This document shows positions 1 to 8,689 of a stretch of 64,000 nucleotides of DNA, piece after piece (positions within the stretch are counted from its first letter, which is position 1; each line of letters starts with the position of its first letter). The DNA comes from Candidatus Falkowbacteria bacterium (GTDB taxonomy: Bacteria > Patescibacteriota > Patescibacteriia > Patescibacteriales > GWE2-39-37). The stretch spans positions 2,698 through 66,697 of the forward strand of contig JAAXUA010000003.1 of NCBI GenBank assembly GCA_013336275.1, in the 5' to 3' direction. Below the pieces are notes generated by a model. That model was not told the DNA's origin. It did no database searches and saw only the letters and a list, made by a program, of their open reading frames with translations. A program made the position numbers and the translations under genes.

Positions 1-245
1 GCACTATTGATGAAATGGGTGTCCTCCTGACCCTGAAGATCAACCCGGAAGACATGGGCTACATCATTGGCCGCCGCGGTCAGACCGCCCAGGCAATCCG
101 CACCCTGTTGCGCATTGTCGGTGCCAAGAACAATGCACGCGTCAACCTGAAGATTTATGAACCGGAAGGATCTCGCAGACCGGCTCGCAGCCAAGAACCA
201 GAAGAGCTGATCGATACATCAGCTATCGACGACCTCAAAATCTAA
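1..245 (+). CDS. KH-domain RNA-binding protein (YlqC/UPF0109-like), 5' end cut by the window edge
   Basis: The reading frame is open to nt 1. The translation ...DMGYIIGRRGQTAQAIRTLLRIV... carries the KH GxxG loop (GRRG). It lies upstream of trmD, as in the conserved rpsP-KH-rimM-trmD-rplS neighbourhood. Confidence 0.8.
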   Translation, partial: TIDEMGVLLTLKINPEDMGYIIGRRGQTAQAIRTLLRIVGAKNNARVNLKIYEPEGSRRPARSQEPEELIDTSAIDDLKI

Positions 246-264
246 ACGTACTCGTTTCGATATC

Positions 265-296
265 AAAAAAACCGCATCAATACTGCGGTTTTTTTG
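265..296 (+). terminator. rho-independent terminator
   Basis: An ACCGCA / TGCGGT stem is followed by a T-run directly after the stop codon. Confidence 0.7.
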
Positions 297-358
297 TTTT
301 CCAGAGCGTGCTATAATGGGCATAGGTTCTTTCCATCAACCCAAAGGAGGTGAACAGT

Positions 359-715
359 ATGCTGAATCACGAACAAGCGAAAGCAGTCCTGACACTGAAG
401 CACCTCAAAGCCCACTCGCTTTCCGACCTCGGCCCGCTTCATCAGCAGACCTACCACAGCTTCATCAGCTACATACAGAATCGGCACTGCAACAACCCGC
501 TCGCTCTTGTCAGCGTGCCTTTCAGGGATGACCTGGCAGCAAGGTTCGGTGTTGACGGCCTGGTGGTTTTGCTGACTGAGCGTTCCTGGAGCAATCTGCT
601 CTACATGGACCGAGCCATCTTCAAAAGCAGCCCGGCGGTGCATGTCGTCAACTCAATGATTCGCGATTCCTTCAATATCAGCCAATGCAGCATTTCCTGC
701 ATCAAATTCTGTTAA
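359..715 (+). CDS. hypothetical protein (about 118 aa)
   Basis: The ORF track starts at GTG 350. ATG 359 is preferred because AAGGAGG lies at 344-350. An extended -10 (TGCTATAAT, 309-317) lies upstream, and the gene is bracketed by terminators. I recognise no motif. Confidence 0.5.
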   Translation: MLNHEQAKAVLTLKHLKAHSLSDLGPLHQQTYHSFISYIQNRHCNNPLALVSVPFRDDLAARFGVDGLVVLLTERSWSNLLYMDRAIFKSSPAVHVVNSMIRDSFNISQCSISCIKFC

Positions 716-726
716 CCTCTACCTGC

Positions 727-757
727 ATGCGGCTGCTTTGGCGGCCGCATTTTTTTG
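727..757 (+). terminator. rho-independent terminator
   Basis: A 10-bp stem ATGCGGCTGC / GCGGCCGCAT is followed by T7. Confidence 0.75.
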
Positions 758-858
758 GCCAAAGATTTCTGCTTCCCGATTATCCAAAAAGCCTTTAGCC
801 AATTTGACTTGATTAAATCTGATTAATTGGTAAGATAAGACTCTTCAAACAAAAAACC

Positions 859-1527
859 ATGAAATTCAAAATTATCACCATATTCCCGGAAATATTCAGC
901 TCCTACATCAGCGAGAGCATCATTAAGCGCGCCCAAGAAAAAGGCATTGTCAGCATCAAACCCTACAATCTGCGTGACTGGACCGAGGACAACCACAAGA
1001 CCGTCGATGACACCCCCTATGGCGGCGGCGCTGGCATGGTCATGAAAATAGAGCCGATTTACAAGGCCCTGCAGGCGATCGACCCTCAAGGCAAGGGGGT
1101 AAAGAATAAGAAAATAGTTCTTATGTCCGCCAAGGGAAAAACATGGGACCAGCAAATGGCAAAGAAATATGCCAAGCTCGATGAGGTCATCTTTATCTGC
1201 GGCCGCTACGAGGGTGTCGATGAACGCGTGGCCAAACTGATAGACGAGGAAGTGTCTATCGGCGATTACGTCATGACTGGTGGCGAACTGGGCGCTTTGG
1301 TCATGATCGATTCCATCACTCGTCTCCTGCCCGGAGCTCTCGGCAATGCTGAGAGCGCGGTACAGGAATCCCACACGACGCCCGGCATCTTGGAATACCC
1401 GCAATACACCCGCCCTGAAGAATTCGAAATTAACGGCAAAAAATACAAAGTACCGGACGTGCTCTTGTCTGGAAATCATGCTGAAATAGAAAAATGGCGC
1501 AAAGCCGAAAGCCGAAACAAGAAATAA
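859..1527 (+). CDS. trmD: tRNA (guanine37-N1)-methyltransferase
   Basis: Full-length TrmD-like translation (FKIITIFPEIF..., DDTPYGGGAGMVM, CGRYEGVDERV, SIGDYVMTGGE). Confidence 0.95.
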   Translation: MKFKIITIFPEIFSSYISESIIKRAQEKGIVSIKPYNLRDWTEDNHKTVDDTPYGGGAGMVMKIEPIYKALQAIDPQGKGVKNKKIVLMSAKGKTWDQQMAKKYAKLDEVIFICGRYEGVDERVAKLIDEEVSIGDYVMTGGELGALVMIDSITRLLPGALGNAESAVQESHTTPGILEYPQYTRPEEFEINGKKYKVPDVLLSGNHAEIEKWRKAESRNKK

Positions 1528-1542
1528 CTTGATCCTACTCAT

Positions 1543-1577
1543 AAAAAATCATCCCTGAAATTCAGGGATGATTTTTT
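1543..1577. terminator. bidirectional-looking terminator hairpin
   Basis: Perfect palindrome AAAAAATCATCCCTGAA / TTCAGGGATGATTTTTT. Confidence 0.75.
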
Positions 1578-1629
1578 ATTGAACGCCGACACTGCAAATG
1601 TGCTATAATTATATAATTCACATATTGCT

Positions 1630-3768
1630 ATGAACTTCTTCGCGTTAACGGCCCTATGGAACTCGATCGCGCTTCTCGGCCTTGCGGCCTGGATTATCAC
1701 CAAGGGCTTTTCCAAACCAGCATATCGTAACATCGCCTACACAGTGCTCTGTGTCGCCTTGTGGTCTTTTGGCTACTTCTTGTGGCAGACTGCTCCGAAT
1801 ATCTACATGGCCGAGGCCTACCTCAGGCTGATGATGTTCTGGGTGATGTTCATACCGCTTTTCTTCATCAGATACATCCTTTTCTTGGTCGGCCAAATGC
1901 ATCAACGGCGGCTTGGCCTAGCTAGCACATACTTCTTTTCGGTGTTATTTTCCCTGGCTACGCTCGACGGACTTTTGAGCAACGGCGTGAACGCCGGCAC
2001 GGGCTACTTGCGCTACTACCCGATTCCAGGCCCGCTATTCGTTCCTTTCATAATTTATTTCATGGCTTACCTGGTTTATGCGATCGCAATAATGATCAAG
2101 GCCTCCGAAAATGCCAGCCCAATCGACCGCCTAAAAAACAGGTACGTTCTTATCGGCGTAGCGGTGGCCTATACTTTCAATATCACCAACTACATCAGCT
2201 GGTATACCCACGACTTCCCGCCAATAGGCAACCTTTTCATGGCAGCCTCTTTTTTTGTGGTGGTCTACGGTATCATTGCCAGGCACATCTTCGATATCCG
2301 GCTAATCGCTCGCCGCTCGACCATCAGGATCGTCTGGTTCACTTGCGTTCTGGCCATAGCCCTTTACATAAAAATGGCCATCTCCGAACTCTTCGGGAAT
2401 ACGCCTTGGGCCGACATCATAATGCTGCTTTCAGCTTTCGCACTTTATTCGCCTTTCAAAAAATATGCCGAAAAGATTGCCAGCACTTACCTATTCACCT
2501 CACTCTACAACCGAAGCCAACTATTGTCAGCCTTAAGCGACCGGCTTGCCGCCAACCTTGACGCCAGAGCGATTTCTAAGGAAGTCGAAGAATTGCTCGC
2601 ACCAGCTTTCTACCATGACGGCATGATCGTATTGGTCTTTGATTCCAACAGCAATCTATCAGTGGTCTACAACCGCCAACTCAACCCATCATCTGAAGCT
2701 CCGATCAGGCCGGACTCATCTCTTAACAAGATTTTGAAATCGAGCAAGCCGTTCCTGCTTGATGAGATGCTGTCTGACACCAGCAAAAAGCACCCTGCGC
2801 TACGGACGATAAAAAGCATGGGCGCAGAAATCATCATCCCCCTGAATTTGAAAAGCAAGCTGGTCGGCCTGATCGCCCTTGGACCCAAGAAAAGCCGCGA
2901 AGTTTATGACGACGACGATCTCTCCTTGCTGCGCACCGTCGGCGAACAAGTCGCTTTCGCCCTGGAAAACTCACGCCTTCACCAGGAAGTGGCCCAGTTC
3001 AACCAGACGCTGCAGCAACGGGTCAACGAGCAGACCAAAGACATAGTCGCCAAAGCCGAGCATCTCAAAAAATTGATGGAGATGCGAGGCGAATTTCTGG
3101 ATATCGCCTCCCATCAGCTCCGCACCCCCGTTTCGGTAATGAAAGGTGTTTTGAGCATGCTTGAGGAAGGTTCGGTGCCGGCCGCGAAAAGAAAAAGTTT
3201 CATCAGCGGCGCCATGGAAAAGGCCGTCAAACTTGGTGATGTTATCAACGATATTCTCAGGGCCTCTGAAATCGATAGCGACCATTTCACTTTCGACTTG
3301 ATGCCCGTCCAGCTGAACGCCATCATCAATAAGATAAGGCCGGACAAGGAGCGAGCGGCGGAGCTAAAAAAGATCAAACTCATATTCGACTTGCCGGCCA
3401 AACCTTTTCCTCCGGTCCTGGGAGACGAACGCTATCTTGAGCATGCCCTAGTCGATATGATAAACAACGGCATACAATACACGCAGCAAGGTCAGGTTAC
3501 GGTGTCGGCCAGACAAGAGAACGGCTGCATTATCATCCGTGTAATCGATACCGGCATCGGCATACCGGCAGAAGACCTGCCCAAACTATTCAAGAAGTTC
3601 AGCCGGGCCAAAAATGCTGTCGAAGCCCACGCCGATGGTACCGGATTGGGCCTATTTATCATTAAGAAGGTAGTGGATTTCATACCCGGAGCCTCGATCC
3701 TAGTGGAAAAAACCGGAATTAACGAAGGCACTACCGTTGCCTTAAAACTGCCTTTGGCTAAAAAATAA
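1630..3768 (+). CDS. sensor histidine kinase (multi-TM N-terminal sensor, GAF-like middle, HisKA and HATPase_c)
   Basis: About 7 or more hydrophobic helices occupy the first ~290 aa. The H-box is EFLDIASHQLRTPV. N/G boxes are DMINNGIQYT, IDTGIGIP and GTGLGLFI. No response regulator is adjacent. Confidence 0.85.
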   Translation: MNFFALTALWNSIALLGLAAWIITKGFSKPAYRNIAYTVLCVALWSFGYFLWQTAPNIYMAEAYLRLMMFWVMFIPLFFIRYILFLVGQMHQRRLGLASTYFFSVLFSLATLDGLLSNGVNAGTGYLRYYPIPGPLFVPFIIYFMAYLVYAIAIMIKASENASPIDRLKNRYVLIGVAVAYTFNITNYISWYTHDFPPIGNLFMAASFFVVVYGIIARHIFDIRLIARRSTIRIVWFTCVLAIALYIKMAISELFGNTPWADIIMLLSAFALYSPFKKYAEKIASTYLFTSLYNRSQLLSALSDRLAANLDARAISKEVEELLAPAFYHDGMIVLVFDSNSNLSVVYNRQLNPSSEAPIRPDSSLNKILKSSKPFLLDEMLSDTSKKHPALRTIKSMGAEIIIPLNLKSKLVGLIALGPKKSREVYDDDDLSLLRTVGEQVAFALENSRLHQEVAQFNQTLQQRVNEQTKDIVAKAEHLKKLMEMRGEFLDIASHQLRTPVSVMKGVLSMLEEGSVPAAKRKSFISGAMEKAVKLGDVINDILRASEIDSDHFTFDLMPVQLNAIINKIRPDKERAAELKKIKLIFDLPAKPFPPVLGDERYLEHALVDMINNGIQYTQQGQVTVSARQENGCIIIRVIDTGIGIPAEDLPKLFKKFSRAKNAVEAHADGTGLGLFIIKKVVDFIPGASILVEKTGINEGTTVALKLPLAKK

Positions 3769-3854
3769 GACCCTCCGGGGTAAGACGATTTTACACCCCT
3801 ACCGAAAGCAAAAACAAGAAATCCGGCCCGCTTGACCGAAATATCATTTTTTTC

Positions 3855-3889
3855 ATAAATAATGCCTAAATGGCATTATTTATTTTTTG
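3855..3889 (+). terminator. rho-independent terminator
   Basis: An ATAAATAATGCC / GGCATTATTTAT stem is followed by a T-run. Confidence 0.75.
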
Positions 3890-3919
3890 CTAAATTTAAA
3901 CAAAAAGAGCTAAAATATA

Positions 3920-3948
3920 TTGACAATATCCTATTTTTATGCTATATT
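3920..3948 (+). promoter_or_regulatory. sigma70-like promoter
   Basis: TTGACA (3920-3925), a 17-nt spacer, then TATATT (3943-3948). It lies about 150 nt upstream of ATG 4099. Confidence 0.65.
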
Positions 3949-4098
3949 GATACATTAAATTGGCCGTGATGTGCCCACACCACCCTCCCTTGAGGGTTTT
4001 CTGAATATAGCCGTTTTCCAGATCACGGTCCGATTCGGACCTTAAAAATTTAACGAAACCAAAGAAACTACCAGACTCGTCCTAAGGAGGGACACACC

Positions 4099-6036
4099 AT
4101 GGCCAAGATTATCGAATTTACCCAGATTGCAGCGACCAAACAGGGCCGCGAACACGAAGTTAAGGTGACCGTCAAGGTGACTGAAAACGGTAACCCGGTC
4201 GTAAACAAGCCGGTTACCAGATCAATCAACCAAGGGAGCCTCAGAAACCCGAAGATGACTAACGCGTCCGGCTTTCTTGAATTCGTTTTCAAGACAAGCG
4301 ACCGCCAAGTCAAATTCACTGTTGAGTGCGAAGGCGAGCAGTACAGCCAAGACATCGTGGTCAAAAACCACATTGCCAACGCTCCTGCAACTGCCCCAGC
4401 CACCAACCCAGCCCCCGCAACTTCACCCGCTTCATCGGCTGCCCCGACGACAACTCCTGCCCAACCGCAGAACATTCTCGGCGCCAAAGAGCATATCGAT
4501 GCCAAAGGCAACTGCAAAATCGTTGTCCGAGTCATCGATTCGACTGGCAAGGGCGTCAAGACCGACGCCACCATCGAAGCCGAAGGAACGCTTCACCAGA
4601 TCAAGACCGACAAGCAGGGTAATGTCACTTTCGACTACCCGCGCGTCATCAAGATCGGCGAATCGATCAAGGTGAACGTCTACGCTCCCGGCATCGTAGC
4701 AGCGAAGGAGCTCACGCTCGCTCGCGCAGCTGCCGTGCCACAGGCAAAGGCAACTCTCGAGGCCGATGTGTTGAACAACGGCCGAGGCAGGTTCTCCGTC
4801 AAAATCCGCATCACCGATGCGGCTGGCAACGGAGTTCCGACGTCAGCTTGGCTCTCAGCTGAAAACCAGCGCCACGAGGTCAAGACTGACAAGCATGGGG
4901 AAGCGATATTCAACTACCCCAGGCCAATCGCCGCCAACGAAGTCGTCCGCGCCATCGTTTCGGTGTCGGGAATAACTGAGCAAAAGTCTTTGACTCTCTC
5001 ACATGTTCCTCTGCCGAAAACCGATCCGGTAAACCTCGTCCTCCGCCAAAGCCATGACGGCAACGGCAACTTCACGGTCTTCGTCCGAGTTACCGACAGC
5101 ACCGGCAACGGCCTGGCAGAAGTAGTGACTCTCAGTTACTTCGACCGCCTGATTCCGATCAGGACCGATTGCCATGGCCAGGCATCCTGGCAGTGCCCGG
5201 ACAACATCCAGCCTGGCAATGAAGCCGTCGTAAACGCCGCGGTATCGGGAATCACCGACACTGCAACCATCAAGCTCTGCCGCCGCGATTCGCTGCCGCC
5301 GCTGCCTCCGAAATATCACTGGAGATGGTGGCTCTGCACCAACAACGGTCGCGCAGTCATCGGCCTGCTCGTCATGCTCATGCTCTGGGTCAAGTGCTTC
5401 TCAGCTATCTCCGAGGTGCCGATCATCCAAAAACCGACCCAAAAGACGGTAGCTGAACACAACTACGACGAAGTGACCAAGCTTGTCGAAGCTGCACGCA
5501 AGACCAAGCTGACTCCAGAACAAGCCGCGAAAATGGACATCAACCAGTTCGCGAAGGAACCGAACTTCATCAGCCAGCCGCTACCGCCGGACCCGAAGGT
5601 CAAAAAACCTGAAGGGCATGGTAAGCTTTATGTCTTCACTCTTCTCTGGACTTTGATCGCCCTAGCCTACGCCCCTCTTTCGATGAGGGAAGAATTCTGG
5701 GGTACGATCCAGGAAGTAAAAGACGAGCTCAGGCCCGATGAAACCAAGGCCGGAGATGGTCTAATGGACAAGGTGTCCAGCTGGCTCAACCCGCAACAAC
5801 CCAGCCAGCCAGCGCAACCCCCTGCGCCTCCCGCTCCCGCAGCTACGCCTGTAGTCTCCACAGCGCCCGCCCAACCCGCCCAGACGCAATCAGGCAATCA
5901 AGCAGAAGCTGAGGAACGGAAGGACGTAAAGGACATCAAGAAGAAAGTAAGTTTCATGGAGCAATTCAAGGTTGAGATTCTCGCAGAAATCCTTATGGCA
6001 GCAGTCCCCAAAATACTCTCGCGTTGGTTCCGATAG
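4099..6036 (+). CDS. membrane protein with four N-terminal Ig-like/beta-sandwich repeats, two TM helices and Pro/Ala-rich linkers
   Basis: AAGGAGG lies upstream of the ATG. Internal repeats: GNCKIVVRVIDSTGKGV..TDKQGNVTFDYP.., GRFSVKIRITDAAGNGV..TDKHGEAIFNYP.., GNFTVFVRVTDSTGNGL..TDCHGQASWQCP... TM helices are AVIGLLVMLMLWV and LYVFTLLWTLIALAY. There is no N-terminal signal peptide. Confidence 0.7.
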   Translation: MAKIIEFTQIAATKQGREHEVKVTVKVTENGNPVVNKPVTRSINQGSLRNPKMTNASGFLEFVFKTSDRQVKFTVECEGEQYSQDIVVKNHIANAPATAPATNPAPATSPASSAAPTTTPAQPQNILGAKEHIDAKGNCKIVVRVIDSTGKGVKTDATIEAEGTLHQIKTDKQGNVTFDYPRVIKIGESIKVNVYAPGIVAAKELTLARAAAVPQAKATLEADVLNNGRGRFSVKIRITDAAGNGVPTSAWLSAENQRHEVKTDKHGEAIFNYPRPIAANEVVRAIVSVSGITEQKSLTLSHVPLPKTDPVNLVLRQSHDGNGNFTVFVRVTDSTGNGLAEVVTLSYFDRLIPIRTDCHGQASWQCPDNIQPGNEAVVNAAVSGITDTATIKLCRRDSLPPLPPKYHWRWWLCTNNGRAVIGLLVMLMLWVKCFSAISEVPIIQKPTQKTVAEHNYDEVTKLVEAARKTKLTPEQAAKMDINQFAKEPNFISQPLPPDPKVKKPEGHGKLYVFTLLWTLIALAYAPLSMREEFWGTIQEVKDELRPDETKAGDGLMDKVSSWLNPQQPSQPAQPPAPPAPAATPVVSTAPAQPAQTQSGNQAEAEERKDVKDIKKKVSFMEQFKVEILAEILMAAVPKILSRWFR

Positions 6037-6045
6037 GAGGAAACC

Positions 6046-6885
6046 ATGAAGATGTTACCCGAACGCACCAAGCCCAGCGAAATCATCAAGCTTGCATTTC
6101 GCGCCACATTAGTCGGCATCCTGCTGGCAATAATCCTGCGCCTGACATTCGGCGTTCCGATGCTGATGGGCTTAACCGTCGTCATCACACTCGTCTTTCT
6201 CGACGGCTTCGTCGAAAGCTCGAAGTGGAAAGAGCGCCTCATCCGCGCCGGCATCGCGGTCTGTCTCATCGTAATAATGAACATTACAGTCTGGCCAATG
6301 GGAAAATCGCTTTTCGCTTCCTACTTCCCTATCGCCTCGGCAACGCTGGCAAGGGCCAAGATGGGCACCGAAATGTGGTTCGCCAAAAAGATCGACAGCC
6401 CCGCTGTCGAAGCCAAGAGCGAACTCTTCAGACACAACAAGGAATACGAGGAGAAAGATCTCACAAGAGAAGTTGGCATAAGACTCGCGGCCGGCGACAC
6501 CGAAGGCGCTGCGGAACTGATCCGCGCTCATCAAGAAAAACGGGCCAAGATCGAAGCCTCACTCAACCCGCAATCGAGCAGCAGTGCCGGTTCAAGCTTT
6601 ATGAACAAAACCAAAGGCTGGTTCGAAAGCAATAAACCAGCCAACATACCGCCGCTAAGAGGGCAAAATGTGCATCTGAGCCTAAAGGCCGGACAAGAAA
6701 CGAATTCGGCCAGCATACCGCTGGGCATGTTCTATGATTTTTATGCCTGCCCCAACTCCAAATTCATGCTCGTTTTACCTAGCGGGCAAGAACTTCACAT
6801 CGGACAGAAATGGCCCGAATTCCGTACATTCAAAATTATCGCATTGAGCGATGCCGAGATTGATCTCAAGCTTAAGGAAAGTTAA
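6046..6885 (+). CDS. membrane protein (3-4 N-terminal TM helices) with a C-terminal beta-domain shared with the next gene
   Basis: GGAGG precedes the ATG, 9 nt after the upstream stop. The C-terminus ...FKIIALSDAEIDLKLKES aligns with the C-terminus of 7071..8057. Confidence 0.65.
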   Translation: MKMLPERTKPSEIIKLAFRATLVGILLAIILRLTFGVPMLMGLTVVITLVFLDGFVESSKWKERLIRAGIAVCLIVIMNITVWPMGKSLFASYFPIASATLARAKMGTEMWFAKKIDSPAVEAKSELFRHNKEYEEKDLTREVGIRLAAGDTEGAAELIRAHQEKRAKIEASLNPQSSSSAGSSFMNKTKGWFESNKPANIPPLRGQNVHLSLKAGQETNSASIPLGMFYDFYACPNSKFMLVLPSGQELHIGQKWPEFRTFKIIALSDAEIDLKLKES

Positions 6886-6897
6886 AACACTTGAGCC

Positions 6898-6927
6898 GAG
6901 GGCGACACCCAGTCGCCCTCTTTTTTT
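6898..6927 (+). terminator. rho-independent terminator
   Basis: A GAGGGCGAC / GTCGCCCTC stem is followed by T7. Confidence 0.8.
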
Positions 6928-7070
6928 ATATTTCTTCAAAAAGCAAAACAAAGATAAACATTGACTTTTTTATATAAATATGTTTTATTTAAGATAATTT
7001 GCTCTATCTAAACCTCATAAACGGTTCATTAATCCAAAAAAAATAAAAAAACGAGAGGGAGGGTCTAGTC

Positions 7071-8057
7071 ATGAAAACGAGGTCGATTATCGTATCGGGA
7101 GTTTTCTTTTTTTTCGCCATTTTCTTTGGCACAACCGCTTCGGCAGCATCAATTAAGGATGCCGAGGGCTTCATGAAAGCCGGACAGTATCCCCAGGCCA
7201 TCGCCGTACTTGAAGGCATCACCGAAAAGAGTCCCACCAATGCCCTGGCCCAATATGAGCTTGGCAACTGCTACGCCATGACGAGAGACCTGAGGCGGGC
7301 TGAGGAGCGCTACAAGGCGGCCATCAAGCTTGATGCCAAATACGGTCAAAAAATCGCCAGCGTTTTCAAGCTGGCTGGCCGCGAGGCCTTAAATAATAAT
7401 CTTGCGCCAGAGGCCCAGGTTCTCTATTTTAAGGCAGTCGAATACCAGCCCTCTCTACGCCAGCCGCTGGCTGACGAACTTTACAAAGAAGGCGAGCGCC
7501 TAGTCATGAGTGGCCTGATCGGACTCGAAGACAGCAAATTTGCTGTTGCTGGATCACTCAGCCCCAAAACGGCAGACCAAATCTGCAAGCTTTATACGGG
7601 GATCGGGGACAAGGCTGACGATGACTCGTGTCCGCTCTTTTATCTTAAGGGGAGGAACTTCTGTCAGGGCTACAACGAAAAGACTGGTCAACGGTTAGTT
7701 GAAATCGCCAAAAGACTAGCCAAGCAGCCCGGACGAGAGGCGCAGACCAAGGTCTACAAGGATGTGGCCTCGATTTTTCTCGGCGACCGATATGTCGAAA
7801 AACAAGTGCCATCCATCTTAACGCTTGACCAAGACGGCTACCTCGGTTTTGAGCTAAAAGGAAATGAGCAATCTCCTTGGGTTAAGATCGGTTACGGTTC
7901 GTTCGAATTCAGCCATTCTCAGAACGCCGCTTACAAAATTGTTCTTGAAAATGGAAGTGAATATTCAATGAATGCTCCACTCCCCAAGATTGAGTGCAAC
8001 CTTAAGATCATAGCCCTTAAGGAAAGTGAGATATTCATCTCCTTCAAAAAAAAATAG
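7071..8057 (+). CDS. secreted TPR-repeat protein
   Basis: Signal peptide MKTRSIIVSGVFFFFAIFFGTTASAAS. TPR-like AGQYPQAIAVLEGI...ALAQYELGNCY...AEERYKAAIKLD. GAGGGAGGG lies upstream of the ATG. Confidence 0.7.
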   Translation: MKTRSIIVSGVFFFFAIFFGTTASAASIKDAEGFMKAGQYPQAIAVLEGITEKSPTNALAQYELGNCYAMTRDLRRAEERYKAAIKLDAKYGQKIASVFKLAGREALNNNLAPEAQVLYFKAVEYQPSLRQPLADELYKEGERLVMSGLIGLEDSKFAVAGSLSPKTADQICKLYTGIGDKADDDSCPLFYLKGRNFCQGYNEKTGQRLVEIAKRLAKQPGREAQTKVYKDVASIFLGDRYVEKQVPSILTLDQDGYLGFELKGNEQSPWVKIGYGSFEFSHSQNAAYKIVLENGSEYSMNAPLPKIECNLKIIALKESEIFISFKKK

Positions 8058-8082
8058 CCTCAACCTTTTTCAGAATGCATTT

Positions 8083-8115
8083 GCGCCCCGAGACATCGGG
8101 GCGCTTCTTTTTTTT
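8083..8115 (+). terminator. rho-independent terminator
   Basis: A GCGCCCCG / CGGGGCGC stem is followed by a long T-run. Confidence 0.85.
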
Positions 8116-8168
8116 AAAAAACTATGCTTTAATAATAAATAGGATACCTAAATTAAACGATAATCATT

Positions 8169-8597
8169 ATGGCGGAAAAAAAGTTTCTAAAAACCGCATT
8201 CGTCTTTATATCTTTTTTCTTTTTCGCCTTGGTTAGTACTGCCTCTGCTGCTACTTGCGCACCAGGCGTTCCGGTCGGCACCGGTGGTTGTACAGCCGCA
8301 GTAGTCGGCACAGGCGGGCAAGGAACAGGAGGAGCGGTATCCCTTACTCCCGCCGTCAATGTCGGAACGCCCCAACAGTTTATCGGCAAAATTATCAACA
8401 CTGCCTTGGGGGTTGTCGGCTCGCTGGCCTTGCTAATGTTCATCTATGGCGGCTTCACTTGGCTGACTAGCGCCGGCAGCGCTGACAAGGTCACTAAGGG
8501 CAAAAATATCCTAGTCTGGGCCGTTATCGGCTTAGTCGTCATCTTCATGTCCTACGGCGCAACCAAGTTCGTCTTGGACAAAATCACTGCAACCTAG
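8169..8597 (+). CDS. TrbC/VirB2-type pilin-like protein (paralog 1 of 8)
   Basis: Signal peptide, then a two-helix hairpin: ALGVVGSLALLMFIYGGFTWLTSAGSADKVTKGKNILVWAVIGLVVIF. The same core is present in seven other ORFs of the window. Confidence 0.75.
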   Translation: MAEKKFLKTAFVFISFFFFALVSTASAATCAPGVPVGTGGCTAAVVGTGGQGTGGAVSLTPAVNVGTPQQFIGKIINTALGVVGSLALLMFIYGGFTWLTSAGSADKVTKGKNILVWAVIGLVVIFMSYGATKFVLDKITAT

Positions 8598-8636
8598 TTT
8601 GCTTATATATATTCACTCTAGGCTTGGAATCCCGCA

Positions 8637-8678
8637 ACAAACAAAACGACCCATCTTTAAGTGGGTCGTTTTGTTTGT
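8637..8678. terminator. bidirectional terminator between convergent genes
   Basis: 17-bp perfect stem ACAAACAAAACGACCCA / TGGGTCGTTTTGTTTGT. Confidence 0.8.
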
Positions 8679-8689
8679 ATCGAGAATAC

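Noticed and set aside
350-715. A possible divergent RimM, given its position between the KH protein and trmD.
   Set aside because: The 118-aa translation shows none of the RimM/PRC-barrel pattern and is too short. It has its own promoter and terminators. I keep it as a hypothetical protein.
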